DNA from: an uncultured Candidatus Saccharibacteria bacterium
GTDB taxonomy: Bacteria > Patescibacteriota > 4484-211 > JAGQKX01
Direction of reading: 5' to 3'
Length of the DNA stretch: 64,000 bases
Assembly: GCA_964392315.1 (NCBI GenBank)
Contig: CAYMOT010000002.1
Span: 41,234-105,233, forward strand
The notes beneath the pieces were generated by a model, which did not search any database, was not told the origin of the DNA, and saw nothing but the letters and a program-made list of their open reading frames with translations. Both the position numbers and the translations under genes were made by a program. Below, piece after piece: positions 37,808 through 48,707 of the stretch (positions are counted from its first letter, which is position 1; every line of letters begins with the position of its first letter).

Positions 37808-38995
37808 TTACTCAGAAATTATCTTGAAAAACGTTCCTTTACCTATTTTAACTATCGATTCTGTAGGTTGCACCATGTATTGCATATCTTGTACCTTTTC
37901 ACCATCTATGCTGACTCCGCCCTGTTCTATCAATCTCCGCGCCTCTGATTTGCTCGTAATTTGTGCATGCATGACCAGAAAATCGACCAAATCGAGTTGT
38001 TGATTAAGAGAAATAGTCGCAATATCTGTAGGTACCTCGTCACTTTGTACAACGCGTGAGAATTTATTGCCCGCATCATTTGCTTGATTTTCATCATATA
38101 ACCACGCAACTATTTTAAATGCTAGGTCTTTCTTAGCCTGCAATGGGTTTGTTTGCACGAGATGGGTCAATTCTTCCGTTTGCTCAGCGAAAATCATGTC
38201 GTAATAATGTGAAATAAGATCATCGTGTATGGACATGACTTTACGATACATTTCAAATGGTTCGTCACGAAGGCTGATAAAATTGTTTTTGCTTTTACTC
38301 ATTTTTTTCCCATCAAGTCCCATCAAAAACGGACACGTTATGACAAACTTGTCTTTGTCCTTTAACTTCTTAAGCAAATCTCTTCCAGCCAACATATTAA
38401 ACGTTTGGTCAGTGCCACCAACTTCCACATCAACATTCATCATTACACTGTCGTATCCTTGCATAAGTGGATAGAAGAATTCATGCATATAAATAGGCTT
38501 GTTCTCTTTGATGCGTTCTTGGAACATATCTCTCTCAATCATTTGCTGAAGAGTAAAATGTGAGGAAAGCTCGATTAGGTCTGTGAATGTCAACGGTGCG
38601 AGCCACTGGCTATTAAACTTCATTTCCGCAGGATTGTTTGGATCATCAAACTGGAGCACTTTGGAGATTTGCTCTTTATACAATGCAGCGTTTTTTTGTA
38701 CCTGCTCCTCGGTCATTTTTACCCGTTCTGACAATTGATCAGTGGGGTCTCCGATTCGTGCCGTGAAATCGCCCAACAAGAATATGACCTTGTGTCCGAG
38801 TAGCCGGAACTGTTCGAGTTTCTTGTATACTACCGCGTGGCCCAAATGGACATCAGGTATTGTAGGATCGATGCCAAGGTAAAAGGTGAGCACTTCTCCG
38901 CTGGCGAGCCTTTTTGCAAGTGCCTCCTTAGATGGGTAAATTTCTGCTATATTATGAGTGAGAAGTGAGTTTATTTTTTCGAGATCGGTAGACAT
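37808..38995 (-). CDS. tyrS: tyrosyl-tRNA synthetase
   Basis: HLGH-type motif (DVHLGHAV), KMSKS, and a C-terminal S4 domain. The ORF starts at 39058; I chose the ATG at 38995 (MSTDLEKINSLL). Confidence 0.92.
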   Translation of the reverse strand: MSTDLEKINSLLTHNIAEIYPSKEALAKRLASGEVLTFYLGIDPTIPDVHLGHAVVYKKLEQFRLLGHKVIFLLGDFTARIGDPTDQLSERVKMTEEQVQKNAALYKEQISKVLQFDDPNNPAEMKFNSQWLAPLTFTDLIELSSHFTLQQMIERDMFQERIKENKPIYMHEFFYPLMQGYDSVMMNVDVEVGGTDQTFNMLAGRDLLKKLKDKDKFVITCPFLMGLDGKKMSKSKNNFISLRDEPFEMYRKVMSIHDDLISHYYDMIFAEQTEELTHLVQTNPLQAKKDLAFKIVAWLYDENQANDAGNKFSRVVQSDEVPTDIATISLNQQLDLVDFLVMHAQITSKSEARRLIEQGGVSIDGEKVQDMQYMVQPTESIVKIGKGTFFKIISE

Positions 38996-39127
38996 GCAGT
39001 TATTGTAACATGGGAGAAATAAACCAATATACCAATACGCAAATAAGCAAATATGCAAATATGCAAATGAAAAACGATTTGCTTATTTTCACATTTACTT
39101 GTTTTATTGGTAAAATTACACAATAGT

Positions 39128-41785
39128 ATGGCAGGTCCTTCATTTCCCCGAAAATCTAAGGGTCATAGTGACCAATCCTACTGGGCGTCCCGTGCGAAGC
39201 GCTCTATTCGTCGTGCAAAACATACACGAAAGATGCGCGTGATGTCTATTGCGGCAACCGTAGTGATAGCGGGAGTATTACTGGCAACTGCCACAGGGGT
39301 GGGGGCAGTGGTTTACTTTAGTAAGGATCTCCCCTCTCCTGACAGGTTGACAGAACGTGAAATTGCCCAAACAACCAAGATTTACAGTAGGCAAGGTGAT
39401 TTGCTCTATGAAATATTTGATGAAGAGAAGCGCACATTAATTACTCTTGATCAGATACCTGAACATCTCAAACAAGCTACACTCTCAGCAGAAGATGCCG
39501 ACTTTTATAAACACTCGGGTTTTGATGTCATGGGAATTTTGCGTTCCGCATATTACATGATCTCGTCAGGTCAGATTCAGGGAGGCGGTTCAACCATTAC
39601 ACAGCAATTGGTCAAGAACGTCTTTTTGTCACCTGAGCGTACATTCACCCGAAAACTCAAAGAAGTCATTTTGGCAATGCAGCTTGAAGCAAAGTTCAGT
39701 AAGGATGAAATACTTCAAATGTACTTTAATGAAGTAGGATACGGAGGTAACTACTATGGTGTAGGTGCAGCATCAGAAGGGTATTTCGGTAAAGCAGTTG
39801 CTGACTTAACGCTTGAGGAGGCAGCATTTCTGGCGGGATTACCACAATCCCCCAGTCTATATAGTCCTCGAAGCGGAGATCCGGAGTTAGCGCTAGCACG
39901 GTATGAGTTGGTGCTTGATTTGATGAATAGGTTTGGGTACTTGACTGAGGAGCAAGCTAATACTGCAAAAGGAGTAGATGTACTCGCTGCCGTAAAGCCA
40001 CTTGATGCAAATATCCGCGCACCGCATTTTGTGTTTTACGTTCGGCAGGAACTCATGAAGCAATTTGGAGAAAAAACTGTCGAACAAGGAGGCTTAAAGG
40101 TGACTACAACCTTAGATATGGGTAAGCAAATCATCGCGGAGGAAGAAGTTCGGTTTCAGCTCGATCGACTTGCACAGCGAAAAGCAAATGTGAACAATCA
40201 AGCTCTGGTTTCAGTAAACCCCAAAACAGGTGAGGTGTTATCGATGGTAGGCTCTGCCGACTATTTTAACGAAGAAATTGACGGAGAGGTAAATGTGACG
40301 TTGGCTAGGCGTCAACCAGGTTCAGCTATCAAACCGATTGTGTATATCAGAGGATTACAGATGGGATATACAGCGGCCTCGTTTTTGCCTGACATTTCTG
40401 CGTGTTTCGGAATTGGTGGAGATGGTAAAGAATACTGTCCAGGCAACTCTGACGGACGGTTTTGGGGGCCGTTATCCATGCGGGAAGCACTTGCTAACTC
40501 CAGGAACACGCCTGCAGTGCGTATGGGACAGTTAATCGGGGTACACAATATCATTGAACAAGCACAGGAACTAGGAATTACCACACTTGATCAACCGGAA
40601 CGCTATGGACTTTCACTATCTTTGGGATCAGGCGAAGTAAAACCAATAGAATTGGCAAATGCATATGCAGCGTTTGCAAATAGTGGGCAACAATACGATC
40701 TCATCTCGATTCTAAAAGTTGAGGACAGTAGTGGTAAGGTGATTTTTGAGAATAAGCTTGATGAGCGAAAAGCCAAACAAGTTGTCCCCGCAGAGCACGC
40801 ATATGTTCTTACACATATCTTGTCAGATAATGAAGCACGTAAACGGTTATTTGGTGCGAATAACATGCTGGAGATAGGCCGCCCTGCAGGTGTAAAAACC
40901 GGTACTACTAACGACAACAAAGACGCCTGGACCTGCGGGTATGTTCCTCAGCTTGCGACCTGTGTATGGACGGGAAACACGGACAATACCCCCATGGCAC
41001 AAAATATCCAGGGATCAACTGGTGCTACTCCAACATTTCACCATTACATGCGTCGAGCACTAGAAGGGGTACCAGTTGAGGATTTTGTACGCCCTGCGGG
41101 TATCGTAGAAGCTACCGTAGATCGGCTTTCTGGAAAGTTACCGAGAGAAGGTGCATCCTATCCAACTAAGGTTGATGTATTTGTGCGAGGTACAGTACCG
41201 ACCGAGATTGACGATTTCCACCAAACCGTTGAAATCTGTACAAGTAAAGGACTCCTTGCCACGGATTACCATCGCCTTATCGGTGACGTTGAAAAGAAAA
41301 CGTATACCTATATCATCGAACCAAATCCATCTTTACAGAAATATTCGGATGAATGGATGTCAAAAACAGAAGGATATGGCAAACCACCAACAGAGACCTG
41401 TCCGATTATAGACGATCAAGGCAATCGGCTTGAAGGACCGTATGTACAGATCATCGCTCCTGCAGATGATACAGAACTTTCGGATACAACATTTCAAGTA
41501 ACGGCAGAAGCTTACAGTGAGGAGCGTATCCTGAAACTTGAATTTTATTGGGATGACACACTCGTAAAAACAGTGACATCAGCGCCGTATACGGTTGAGT
41601 TTTCGGTATCGCAGGACACCTCTGGTTCTCATTCGGTCAAGGTAGTTGCATTTGACGGTGCTGGTGACCAATCGGAAGATAGTGTGACGGTCAATTTTCC
41701 GGACGAAGATGAGGTGACTCCTACTCCAACACCGGAAGATGATGACGGCGGCCCTGGTATTTTCCCCTCAGGAATTTTTCAGTAA
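39128..41785 (+). CDS. class A penicillin-binding protein (PBP1A-type bifunctional glycosyltransferase/transpeptidase) with C-terminal Ig-like extension
   Basis: GT51 motifs EDADFYKHSGFD and GGSTITQQLVKN. Transpeptidase motifs SAIKP, SRN and KTGTT. N-terminal TM. C-terminal ~120 aa beta-rich domain. The ORF begins at 39107; the start is uncertain between 39107 and 39128. Confidence 0.85.
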   Translation: MAGPSFPRKSKGHSDQSYWASRAKRSIRRAKHTRKMRVMSIAATVVIAGVLLATATGVGAVVYFSKDLPSPDRLTEREIAQTTKIYSRQGDLLYEIFDEEKRTLITLDQIPEHLKQATLSAEDADFYKHSGFDVMGILRSAYYMISSGQIQGGGSTITQQLVKNVFLSPERTFTRKLKEVILAMQLEAKFSKDEILQMYFNEVGYGGNYYGVGAASEGYFGKAVADLTLEEAAFLAGLPQSPSLYSPRSGDPELALARYELVLDLMNRFGYLTEEQANTAKGVDVLAAVKPLDANIRAPHFVFYVRQELMKQFGEKTVEQGGLKVTTTLDMGKQIIAEEEVRFQLDRLAQRKANVNNQALVSVNPKTGEVLSMVGSADYFNEEIDGEVNVTLARRQPGSAIKPIVYIRGLQMGYTAASFLPDISACFGIGGDGKEYCPGNSDGRFWGPLSMREALANSRNTPAVRMGQLIGVHNIIEQAQELGITTLDQPERYGLSLSLGSGEVKPIELANAYAAFANSGQQYDLISILKVEDSSGKVIFENKLDERKAKQVVPAEHAYVLTHILSDNEARKRLFGANNMLEIGRPAGVKTGTTNDNKDAWTCGYVPQLATCVWTGNTDNTPMAQNIQGSTGATPTFHHYMRRALEGVPVEDFVRPAGIVEATVDRLSGKLPREGASYPTKVDVFVRGTVPTEIDDFHQTVEICTSKGLLATDYHRLIGDVEKKTYTYIIEPNPSLQKYSDEWMSKTEGYGKPPTETCPIIDDQGNRLEGPYVQIIAPADDTELSDTTFQVTAEAYSEERILKLEFYWDDTLVKTVTSAPYTVEFSVSQDTSGSHSVKVVAFDGAGDQSEDSVTVNFPDEDEVTPTPTPEDDDGGPGIFPSGIFQ

Positions 41786-41828
41786 TTTCAGTCAGGTAAT
41801 GAGTTTCAGTGAGGAATTTAGAGATTTG

Positions 41829-44228
41829 CTATTGGACCCTGCAGTCAAACTTGTTTTGTAATTCCTGGATTATTGCTTGTACATTATCTGCTATCTCTAC
41901 TTTGCTCAGGGACCGATCTGGAGCCTGATACGTTAAACGCATCGTAATTGCCTTTTGCTCCGCACCGAATTTTTCTGGATATTTTTGCACATGGTATATA
42001 GCAGCGTCTTGTAAGAACTCGGAACCACTTTTCTTTGCTATCTCTAGCAATGAGTCGAGTGAAATATCTTCATGAACTATACATGAAATATCAATTGCAA
42101 TAGAGGGGTGAGGTGAAACTGGTTTGTATCGCATACCCGTATCCGTTAATTCAAAAACTACATCTGCATTAAGTTCTGCCACGCCTACCGTTTGTGAGAG
42201 TCCAAAAGCAATTTGCACTTCAGGGTGTATTTCACCGATGTAACCAAGCAATTCCTCCTCCGCAAACACAGCGGCGGCACGTTGTTCGTCAAGTAATTGT
42301 AGAAAGGGATCGTGTGTTTTGGGTTGTTCATATCGTACGCCAGGAATATGCAAAGTTGCCAACAGCTGGTCAACGATACCTTTGATATGTGTGTAGCCAC
42401 CTTCTTTTTGGTAGAGGGCCATTGCAAGCGTATCTTCTTCACGCGGTAAATCAAATCCGTCTCTTTTAATTCTCCGTTCCAACTCAAATAACCGCACGGA
42501 ATTAAATGTGTTTTTATTGTGTGCGATATTTTCTAAAAGCTGTGGTACAAGAGATGGCCGAATATATTCTGCCTCAGGTGCGACAGGATTTGCCAATTTT
42601 ATTTCTAATGACTCCCCTACCCGACACTTATCGTAGAGTGCCTTACCCACAAAGCTATAATTATATGTTTCAGTGAACCCAAGACGCACAGCGAGCTGCT
42701 TAATTCGACGTTGCCACAATATGTGCTTATTTGCTGTAGCAGGTGATATATCACGGTATGGCAGTGTCGGGGTAATATTGTCATAACCGATAATGCGTGC
42801 AATCTCTTCAACAATATCTTCTGGAATAGTGAGGTCAGGTCTAAAGGTGGGCGGTACAGCTCCAAGATGTTTACCATGTTCTACTACTTCTATACCCAAA
42901 TGCGTAAGGGTCTTTTTGATTTCACTTTCATGTATCAGTTTTGTTCCACCAATCTTTTGGTTAATGTAGTCTGCGGAAAAAGGTATGATCCTCTCTTCGC
43001 GGCCGACGTAGGTCTGATCAGAGGTAAAATCTGCATCAAGTGAAGAGGTAGTAACGTCTCCATACTCTTTCAGTAACTCAAGTGCTTTTAATAATGCTGG
43101 TTCGGTCGTAGAAGGATCCTGATTTTTGGAAAACCTGATAACTGCCTCAGTCTGGAGTCCGAGCTGCCGAGAGGTTTTGCGAATAGTGAAATGTTCAAAA
43201 TTTGCTGATTCGAGTATGATACTGTTAGTAGTATCGGTTACTTCAGTATCAATGCCCCCCATGATGCCCGCGAGTGCTATTGGTTTTTCCTCATCAGCAA
43301 TTACGAGCATCTCCTGGGTTAATTCTCGCGTTTGTCCATCGAGTGTGGTGATTTGCTCGTGTGGAGTTGCAGTACGCACAATGATCGTATCAGATGCGAG
43401 TGTATTCCGATCGAACGCATGCAGTGGCTGCCCCATGTCATACATAATGTAATTGGTGATGTCTACAATATTATTAACTGGCCGTGTGCCTATTCTTCTA
43501 AGGCGTTGCTGCAACCAAAGTGGTGAAGGCTTTATAGTCACGTTTGGTATGATGATGCCAGTGTACCGGCGGCAAAGTTGTGCGTTTTGAATAGCAAGAT
43601 CCAACTCAATGTCCATGTCAAGAGATAGCGGGATTTTATCCGGCAATTTTTCGCTGAAAGAAGACCCAAACATCGTTGCTAACTCCCGTGCGATACCACG
43701 ATGTGAAAATGTATCAGGCCGGTGCGTCAGCGCCTTATTTTCGATCTCAATAATCACGTCTTTTGTTTCAAAGAGTGAGTCGAATCGTTCCCCTACTTTG
43801 ATACCCGGTTCTGCATTGAGTAGCATAATACCCGAGTGATCATTTGAAATTCCAAGTTCGCGGGGTGAACAAAGCATGCCGTGTGACACTTCCCCGCGTA
43901 CCTCACGTGCTTCAATTCGCAGGTCAGTATTAGGGAGCGTATTACCGACCAAGATCACTGGTACATAATCTCCCACTGCGATGTTTGGTGCGCCGCAGAC
44001 AATAGAAAGGGTTTCTTTTCCAACATCTACTTTAGTAAGCTGCAGTTTGTCTGCATTGGGGTGTTTTGCGATATCTACAATCTTGCCAATTACTACGCCG
44101 TCAAACGTGTCCACTATCTCGTGGATATCCTCAACTTCTGCCAGCGAAGCAGAAATCCTATTAGCGAGAACCGCGGGAGTTTCGGTGACGTGGGTATATT
44201 CGTTTAACCAATTAAGAGAAAGTTTCAT
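41829..44228 (-). CDS. pheT: phenylalanyl-tRNA synthetase beta subunit
   Basis: MKLSLNWLNEYTHV canonical N-terminus with tRNA-binding, B3/B4, B5 and FDX-ACB domains in order, 799 aa. Confidence 0.95.
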   Translation of the reverse strand: MKLSLNWLNEYTHVTETPAVLANRISASLAEVEDIHEIVDTFDGVVIGKIVDIAKHPNADKLQLTKVDVGKETLSIVCGAPNIAVGDYVPVILVGNTLPNTDLRIEAREVRGEVSHGMLCSPRELGISNDHSGIMLLNAEPGIKVGERFDSLFETKDVIIEIENKALTHRPDTFSHRGIARELATMFGSSFSEKLPDKIPLSLDMDIELDLAIQNAQLCRRYTGIIIPNVTIKPSPLWLQQRLRRIGTRPVNNIVDITNYIMYDMGQPLHAFDRNTLASDTIIVRTATPHEQITTLDGQTRELTQEMLVIADEEKPIALAGIMGGIDTEVTDTTNSIILESANFEHFTIRKTSRQLGLQTEAVIRFSKNQDPSTTEPALLKALELLKEYGDVTTSSLDADFTSDQTYVGREERIIPFSADYINQKIGGTKLIHESEIKKTLTHLGIEVVEHGKHLGAVPPTFRPDLTIPEDIVEEIARIIGYDNITPTLPYRDISPATANKHILWQRRIKQLAVRLGFTETYNYSFVGKALYDKCRVGESLEIKLANPVAPEAEYIRPSLVPQLLENIAHNKNTFNSVRLFELERRIKRDGFDLPREEDTLAMALYQKEGGYTHIKGIVDQLLATLHIPGVRYEQPKTHDPFLQLLDEQRAAAVFAEEELLGYIGEIHPEVQIAFGLSQTVGVAELNADVVFELTDTGMRYKPVSPHPSIAIDISCIVHEDISLDSLLEIAKKSGSEFLQDAAIYHVQKYPEKFGAEQKAITMRLTYQAPDRSLSKVEIADNVQAIIQELQNKFDCRVQ

Positions 44229-44229
44229 G

Positions 44230-45267
44230 TTAGAATTGTTCCAAAAACCTCAGGTCTCCTGAGTGAAATAACCGGATATCCTCGATGCCGTATTTGATCA
44301 TAACAAGCCTATCAAGGCCCATGCCCCACGCAAATCCACTATATTCTTCGTGATCGAGTCCCGCCATCTCTAATACATTTGGATGTATTGGTCCGGCCGG
44401 TACGAGTTCGATCCAGCGTTTGTTGCGACATGTTGAACAAGGAATATTTTCTTGATGACAGATAACACAACCAATCATAATTTCAAGCCCTGGCTCAACA
44501 AAGGGAAAATAGCTTGGCTGGATTTTTAACACAACATCCTGCCCATAAAATGTAGACAAAAATGCTTTGAGTGTACCGATAAGGTCACCCAAGGTAATTC
44601 CTTTGTCTACGTAGACACCTTCGATTTGGTAAAAGGTGTGTCCGTGCGTCGCGTCGGTTGCCTCATGGCGAAAGCACCGTCCAGGAACGATAGCGCGGAT
44701 AGGTGGTTGTGTTTCTTTGATTATTCTATGCTGCATTGCAGAAGTATGAGTAATAGGGATGTGGCCGTCTTCCGTCCAAAATGTATCCCACATGTCTCGG
44801 GCGGGGTGTCCAGTAGGGATATTCAGTGCTTCAAACACATGGTAGTCGTTGTCTATGGTTCGTGGTTCAATTATTTCAAAACCCATTCTCATAAAGATAT
44901 CCTCAGCGTATTCCCGTAGTTGTGTGATCGGATGCAGGTGTCCAACTGAAATAGTCTCTCCGGGTGCTGATATGTCTATCCAGGATTTATCTTTAAGCTC
45001 ATGTATCTGCTGTTGGCGAAGTTCGGCTTCACGTTTTTGGTATTCACCAGCAAGTGCCGCTAAAACTCGATTAATCTCTTTTCCAAGTTCTTTTCGTTCA
45101 TTTGTATCGCTAATATTCGGTAATTGGTCTTTAATATCCTTTAGAGGTCCTTTCTTTGCCAAATAGTTAACTTTGGTGGATTCGAGGGAGTCGAGAGATT
45201 GAGAGGATGCTATTTCGTGAAGTATAGTTTGTTCAAGTTGTGTAAGCTCTGTGATAAGTTGAGACAT
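44230..45267 (-). CDS. pheS: phenylalanyl-tRNA synthetase alpha subunit
   Basis: Class II aaRS motifs FRHEATDATHGHTFYQIEG and FPFVEPGLEI, N-terminal coiled coil. I chose the ATG at 45267. Confidence 0.95.
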   Translation of the reverse strand: MSQLITELTQLEQTILHEIASSQSLDSLESTKVNYLAKKGPLKDIKDQLPNISDTNERKELGKEINRVLAALAGEYQKREAELRQQQIHELKDKSWIDISAPGETISVGHLHPITQLREYAEDIFMRMGFEIIEPRTIDNDYHVFEALNIPTGHPARDMWDTFWTEDGHIPITHTSAMQHRIIKETQPPIRAIVPGRCFRHEATDATHGHTFYQIEGVYVDKGITLGDLIGTLKAFLSTFYGQDVVLKIQPSYFPFVEPGLEIMIGCVICHQENIPCSTCRNKRWIELVPAGPIHPNVLEMAGLDHEEYSGFAWGMGLDRLVMIKYGIEDIRLFHSGDLRFLEQF

Positions 45268-45375
45268 AGATGATGATGATGGTAATGCAAATATATACAA
45301 ATATGCAAATGTAAATTTGCTTATATGCCTGCCTGCGCAGACAGGTAATGTTTGATCATTTGCTTATTCCGTTTT

Positions 45376-45582
45376 TTACGAAAACAACGCAGCCATTCCG
45401 CGTAGAATGAGATTGAGTATTGTGAAGATTACGGTAATGACAATTGAAGGTACGAGGTACTTGGGTTTAATCAATTCTCCGAGTGCGTAAAAAAAGTCTT
45501 TACGATATTGAAACGTAATAAATGCGAATAGAACCTGAAGAAGTCCAAAAACTAGTAGACCTTGTTTAAGAATGGAGCCCAT
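45376..45582 (-). CDS. hypothetical small two-TM membrane protein
   Basis: 68-aa ORF that is strongly hydrophobic. Lies between rplT and pheS. Confidence 0.4.
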   Translation of the reverse strand: MGSILKQGLLVFGLLQVLFAFITFQYRKDFFYALGELIKPKYLVPSIVITVIFTILNLILRGMAALFS

Positions 45583-45636
45583 ATGATGTAAAGGAATAAA
45601 GGCAAAACGTTAAGAGATTAATGCTCGGCACTTCTC

Positions 45637-45999
45637 TTACTTACCAGCACTGTTTTGTACCTTTTCAATTATCTTACCAAATGTCATTGGGTCTTGTACA
45701 GCAATCTCACTGAGTACATGTCGATCAACCTGTACCGAGGATTGTGTCAGGGCATTCATGAATTTGCTATATGACAAACCATGCTCGCGGAGTCCTGCAT
45801 TAATGCGGGTTATCCACAATTGGCGCATCGTACGTTTCTTGCGTTTTCTGTCAACATAGGAATGCTTTAAAGCTTTTATAAGACCTTCTCGTGCACCCCT
45901 AAACGTGCGTCCATGATGTCCACTGAACCCTCGTTTTGTCGCTTCTTTGCGTATTTTGTTGTGTTTTCTTCGGCGTACTACGCCAGTTCGTATTCGCAT
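45637..45999 (-). CDS. rplT: 50S ribosomal protein L20
   Basis: MRIRTGVVRRRKHNKIRKEATKRGFSG...RQLWITRINAGLRE canonical L20. Confidence 0.95.
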   Translation of the reverse strand: MRIRTGVVRRRKHNKIRKEATKRGFSGHHGRTFRGAREGLIKALKHSYVDRKRKKRTMRQLWITRINAGLREHGLSYSKFMNALTQSSVQVDRHVLSEIAVQDPMTFGKIIEKVQNSAGK

Positions 46000-46004
46000 A
46001 TCGT

Positions 46005-46217
46005 TTAATGCTTAACTCCGTACGGCAAAAAGTTCTTGATATGTTTGAGAAATCCCTTTGGGACATCCACCATCTTTGTCTTTGCCCGGATAGATTTTCT
46101 GCGTAAGCCGGTTCGGCCATGGCGTACACCGATTTGTAACCCCATAAGCTTACCGCTTCCTCCCTTGGTAGCATGAAATCTCTTTAAAACTGATTTGTTT
46201 GTTTTCATCTTTGGCAT
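46005..46217 (-). CDS. rpmI: 50S ribosomal protein L35
   Basis: MPKMKTNKSVLKRFHATKGGSGKL canonical L35, 70 aa. Confidence 0.93.
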   Translation of the reverse strand: MPKMKTNKSVLKRFHATKGGSGKLMGLQIGVRHGRTGLRRKSIRAKTKMVDVPKGFLKHIKNFLPYGVKH

Positions 46218-46340
46218 AAGCGTAAGAATATTAAAATTTATATAAATAATAGAAATACTATAAATGATGAAATTAGGTTAATTCTACAAACATTTATATT
46301 ATTGCTATCATTTTCTTATTTCTATTATTGCCCTTTCTTC

Positions 46341-46847
46341 CTACTTCGGTCGTACGATGAGCATCATATTTCGCCCTTCGACCCAGATGTCCTTCTCAAC
46401 GGTAATAGTTTCCCCGAGTTGTGCAATAATACGCTCGAGTTTTTGCCGGCCTACATCCTTATTAGCGATCATGCGGCCTTTGAATTGTACGATAAACTTG
46501 ACTTTATCGCCATCTTCCAAAAATTCCTGTGCTCGTCGGATCCGTACCTCCAGATCGTGATCTCCGATATTTGGTCCGAGTCGCAATTGCTTCAGATCTT
46601 GTCTGCTTTTTCGCTGTGCTCTTCGCTCTTCTTCTTGCTGTTGGCGAAGGAAATGCTTAAAGTCAAGTATTTTTGCGACGGGTGGCTTGGCTTGTGTGCT
46701 TACCACTACCAAATCTAGCCCTGCTTCTTGTGCGAGGGCAAATGCTGCTTCGGTTGTCATGACCCCACGATTTTCTCCGCCATTATCGATAACTCGTAGT
46801 TCAGGATCTTTTATTTTGTCGTTGATCGGATAATACTTTTTTACCAC
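46341..46847 (-). CDS. infC: translation initiation factor IF-3
   Basis: INDKIKDPELRVIDNGGENRGVMTTEAAFALAQEAGLDLVVVS N-domain and a C-domain signature. The ORF-track start is GTG; the true start may be the non-canonical AUU/AUA typical of infC. Confidence 0.9.
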   Translation of the reverse strand: MVKKYYPINDKIKDPELRVIDNGGENRGVMTTEAAFALAQEAGLDLVVVSTQAKPPVAKILDFKHFLRQQQEEERRAQRKSRQDLKQLRLGPNIGDHDLEVRIRRAQEFLEDGDKVKFIVQFKGRMIANKDVGRQKLERIIAQLGETITVEKDIWVEGRNMMLIVRPK

Positions 46848-46949
46848 AATACCTTTGCGTTATTTTACCAAATTAACACGTGGGATAATAGCATACCTAG
46901 ATGTATTTCGGAAGAAGTAATGGTTTCAGCTTATTAACCTTCAGATAAC

Positions 46950-48707
46950 TTATAAATCTAAATCTTTAGAAATGATTTTATGGTTAATCCTCTCAATGAC
47001 TTCATCGACTGGCAGTGCACCGAGATCTTCGCCGGTTCTTAGTCGTACACTCACGGTTCCGTCTTCCATTTCACGTTTGCCGACGATGAGCATATAGGGA
47101 ACTTTTTGTAATTGTGCATCCCGAATACGCGCGTTTAAGCTTTCGCTTCGTGCGTCTTCTGCTGCGCGTATTTCAGCCGCTAGGAGTTTTTGATGCACCT
47201 CATGTGCGTATTGATACTGGTCCATGCCAATCGGTAAAATCTTGGTTTGCACTGGATGTAACCACACCGGAAACGCACCAGCAAAGTGCTCAATGAGGAC
47301 AGATAGGAATCGTTCGATTGCGCCCATGATTGCCGCGTGAATCATGACAATTCTCTCTTTCTCCCCTTCTTCATTGATGCAGAATAGATCAAATCGTTCT
47401 GGCATATTTCGATCCACCTGAATAGTAGCAACCTGCCACTCTCTCCCGAGCGAGTCGTAGCTCATAAAGTCAATTTTGGGACCATAAAACGCCGCTTCGC
47501 CTTGAGCTTCATAGTAATTAGCATGTCTTTGCTTGAGTAATTCTCGTAGTTGATCTTCTGCATGTTCCCATACCTCCCGGGTACCCAAATATTTTTCAAA
47601 ATGCTCTGGATCATGCAGGGAAAGTCGAATTTTTAAATCACCAAAGCCTGTTCCTTTATAGAACGCTTCAATGATGTCCCAGATTGCGTATGCTTCTTCC
47701 TGCACTTGTGATTCCCGACAGAAAACATGGGCATCGTCCTGGGTTATGCTACGTACGCGTGACAGACCGGTCAACTCGCCTGACTGCTCGTCACGATAAA
47801 CCATCGTGGTATTCGCATATCGCTGAGGCATCTCGCGATAACTATGCGGCTTACGGTCGAATATCTGCGTATGGAATGGGCAATTCATCGGCTTCATTGC
47901 AAACATATGGCCTTCACGTGTTTCAATTTTGAAAAGCTCATCAGAGAACTTATCCCAGTGTCCGCTTGTTTCGAATAGGTCTTTTTTGGTGATATGAGGG
48001 ATCTCTACTTTTTCATAGCCTTTTTCTTTACGCAATTCCCATACAAATCCGTCCAAAAGATTTCGTAACAATGTGCCGTTGGGTGTCCAGAGTGGAAGCC
48101 CGCCCCCGACTTTTTCAGAAAAGGTGAATAAGTCTAATTCCCTACCGATGACTTTATGATCCCTCTTTTTTACCTCCTCCAAAAACGTGAGGTGGTTCTC
48201 TAGTTCCTGCGCCGTCTCAAAAGCGGTGCCATAGATACGAGTAAGCATCTTGTTGCGTTCATCACCGCGCCAGTATGCACCAGCAACTGATAAAAGTTTA
48301 AAATGTTTCAGCGCCTCAAATGGATTTTCTACATGTCCGCCGCGGCACAGGTCACGAAAGCTGCCTGATTGGTAAATAGAAAGGTCTTGGCCATCTTGGG
48401 CGAATTCATTAATAAGCTCTTTTTTGTACTCGTTGTCGCTAAATTCAGCTAGGGCGTCTTCTTTTGACGCCTCATGCCGTTCAAACATTTTCCAATCAGC
48501 AACTATCTCGTGCATTTTCTCTTCAATCTTAGTCAGATCGTCTTCCGACACTTTGATATCTCCAAAATCAAAGTCATAATAGAAACCATTCTCAATTGAA
48601 GGTCCTATTGTTCGTTTGGCGTGTGGCCATAAATCTGTAACCGCCGCAGCCAAAAGATGTGCCGCTGAATGCCGTAAATTGTGCAGTCTATCGTTTTTGT
48701 TCGACAT
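46950..48707 (-). CDS. thrS: threonyl-tRNA synthetase
   Basis: Editing-domain HRDL-type motifs, a class II core, and a C-terminal anticodon-binding domain. I chose the start MSNKNDRLHNLRHSAAHLL at 48707. Confidence 0.92.
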   Translation of the reverse strand: MSNKNDRLHNLRHSAAHLLAAAVTDLWPHAKRTIGPSIENGFYYDFDFGDIKVSEDDLTKIEEKMHEIVADWKMFERHEASKEDALAEFSDNEYKKELINEFAQDGQDLSIYQSGSFRDLCRGGHVENPFEALKHFKLLSVAGAYWRGDERNKMLTRIYGTAFETAQELENHLTFLEEVKKRDHKVIGRELDLFTFSEKVGGGLPLWTPNGTLLRNLLDGFVWELRKEKGYEKVEIPHITKKDLFETSGHWDKFSDELFKIETREGHMFAMKPMNCPFHTQIFDRKPHSYREMPQRYANTTMVYRDEQSGELTGLSRVRSITQDDAHVFCRESQVQEEAYAIWDIIEAFYKGTGFGDLKIRLSLHDPEHFEKYLGTREVWEHAEDQLRELLKQRHANYYEAQGEAAFYGPKIDFMSYDSLGREWQVATIQVDRNMPERFDLFCINEEGEKERIVMIHAAIMGAIERFLSVLIEHFAGAFPVWLHPVQTKILPIGMDQYQYAHEVHQKLLAAEIRAAEDARSESLNARIRDAQLQKVPYMLIVGKREMEDGTVSVRLRTGEDLGALPVDEVIERINHKIISKDLDL

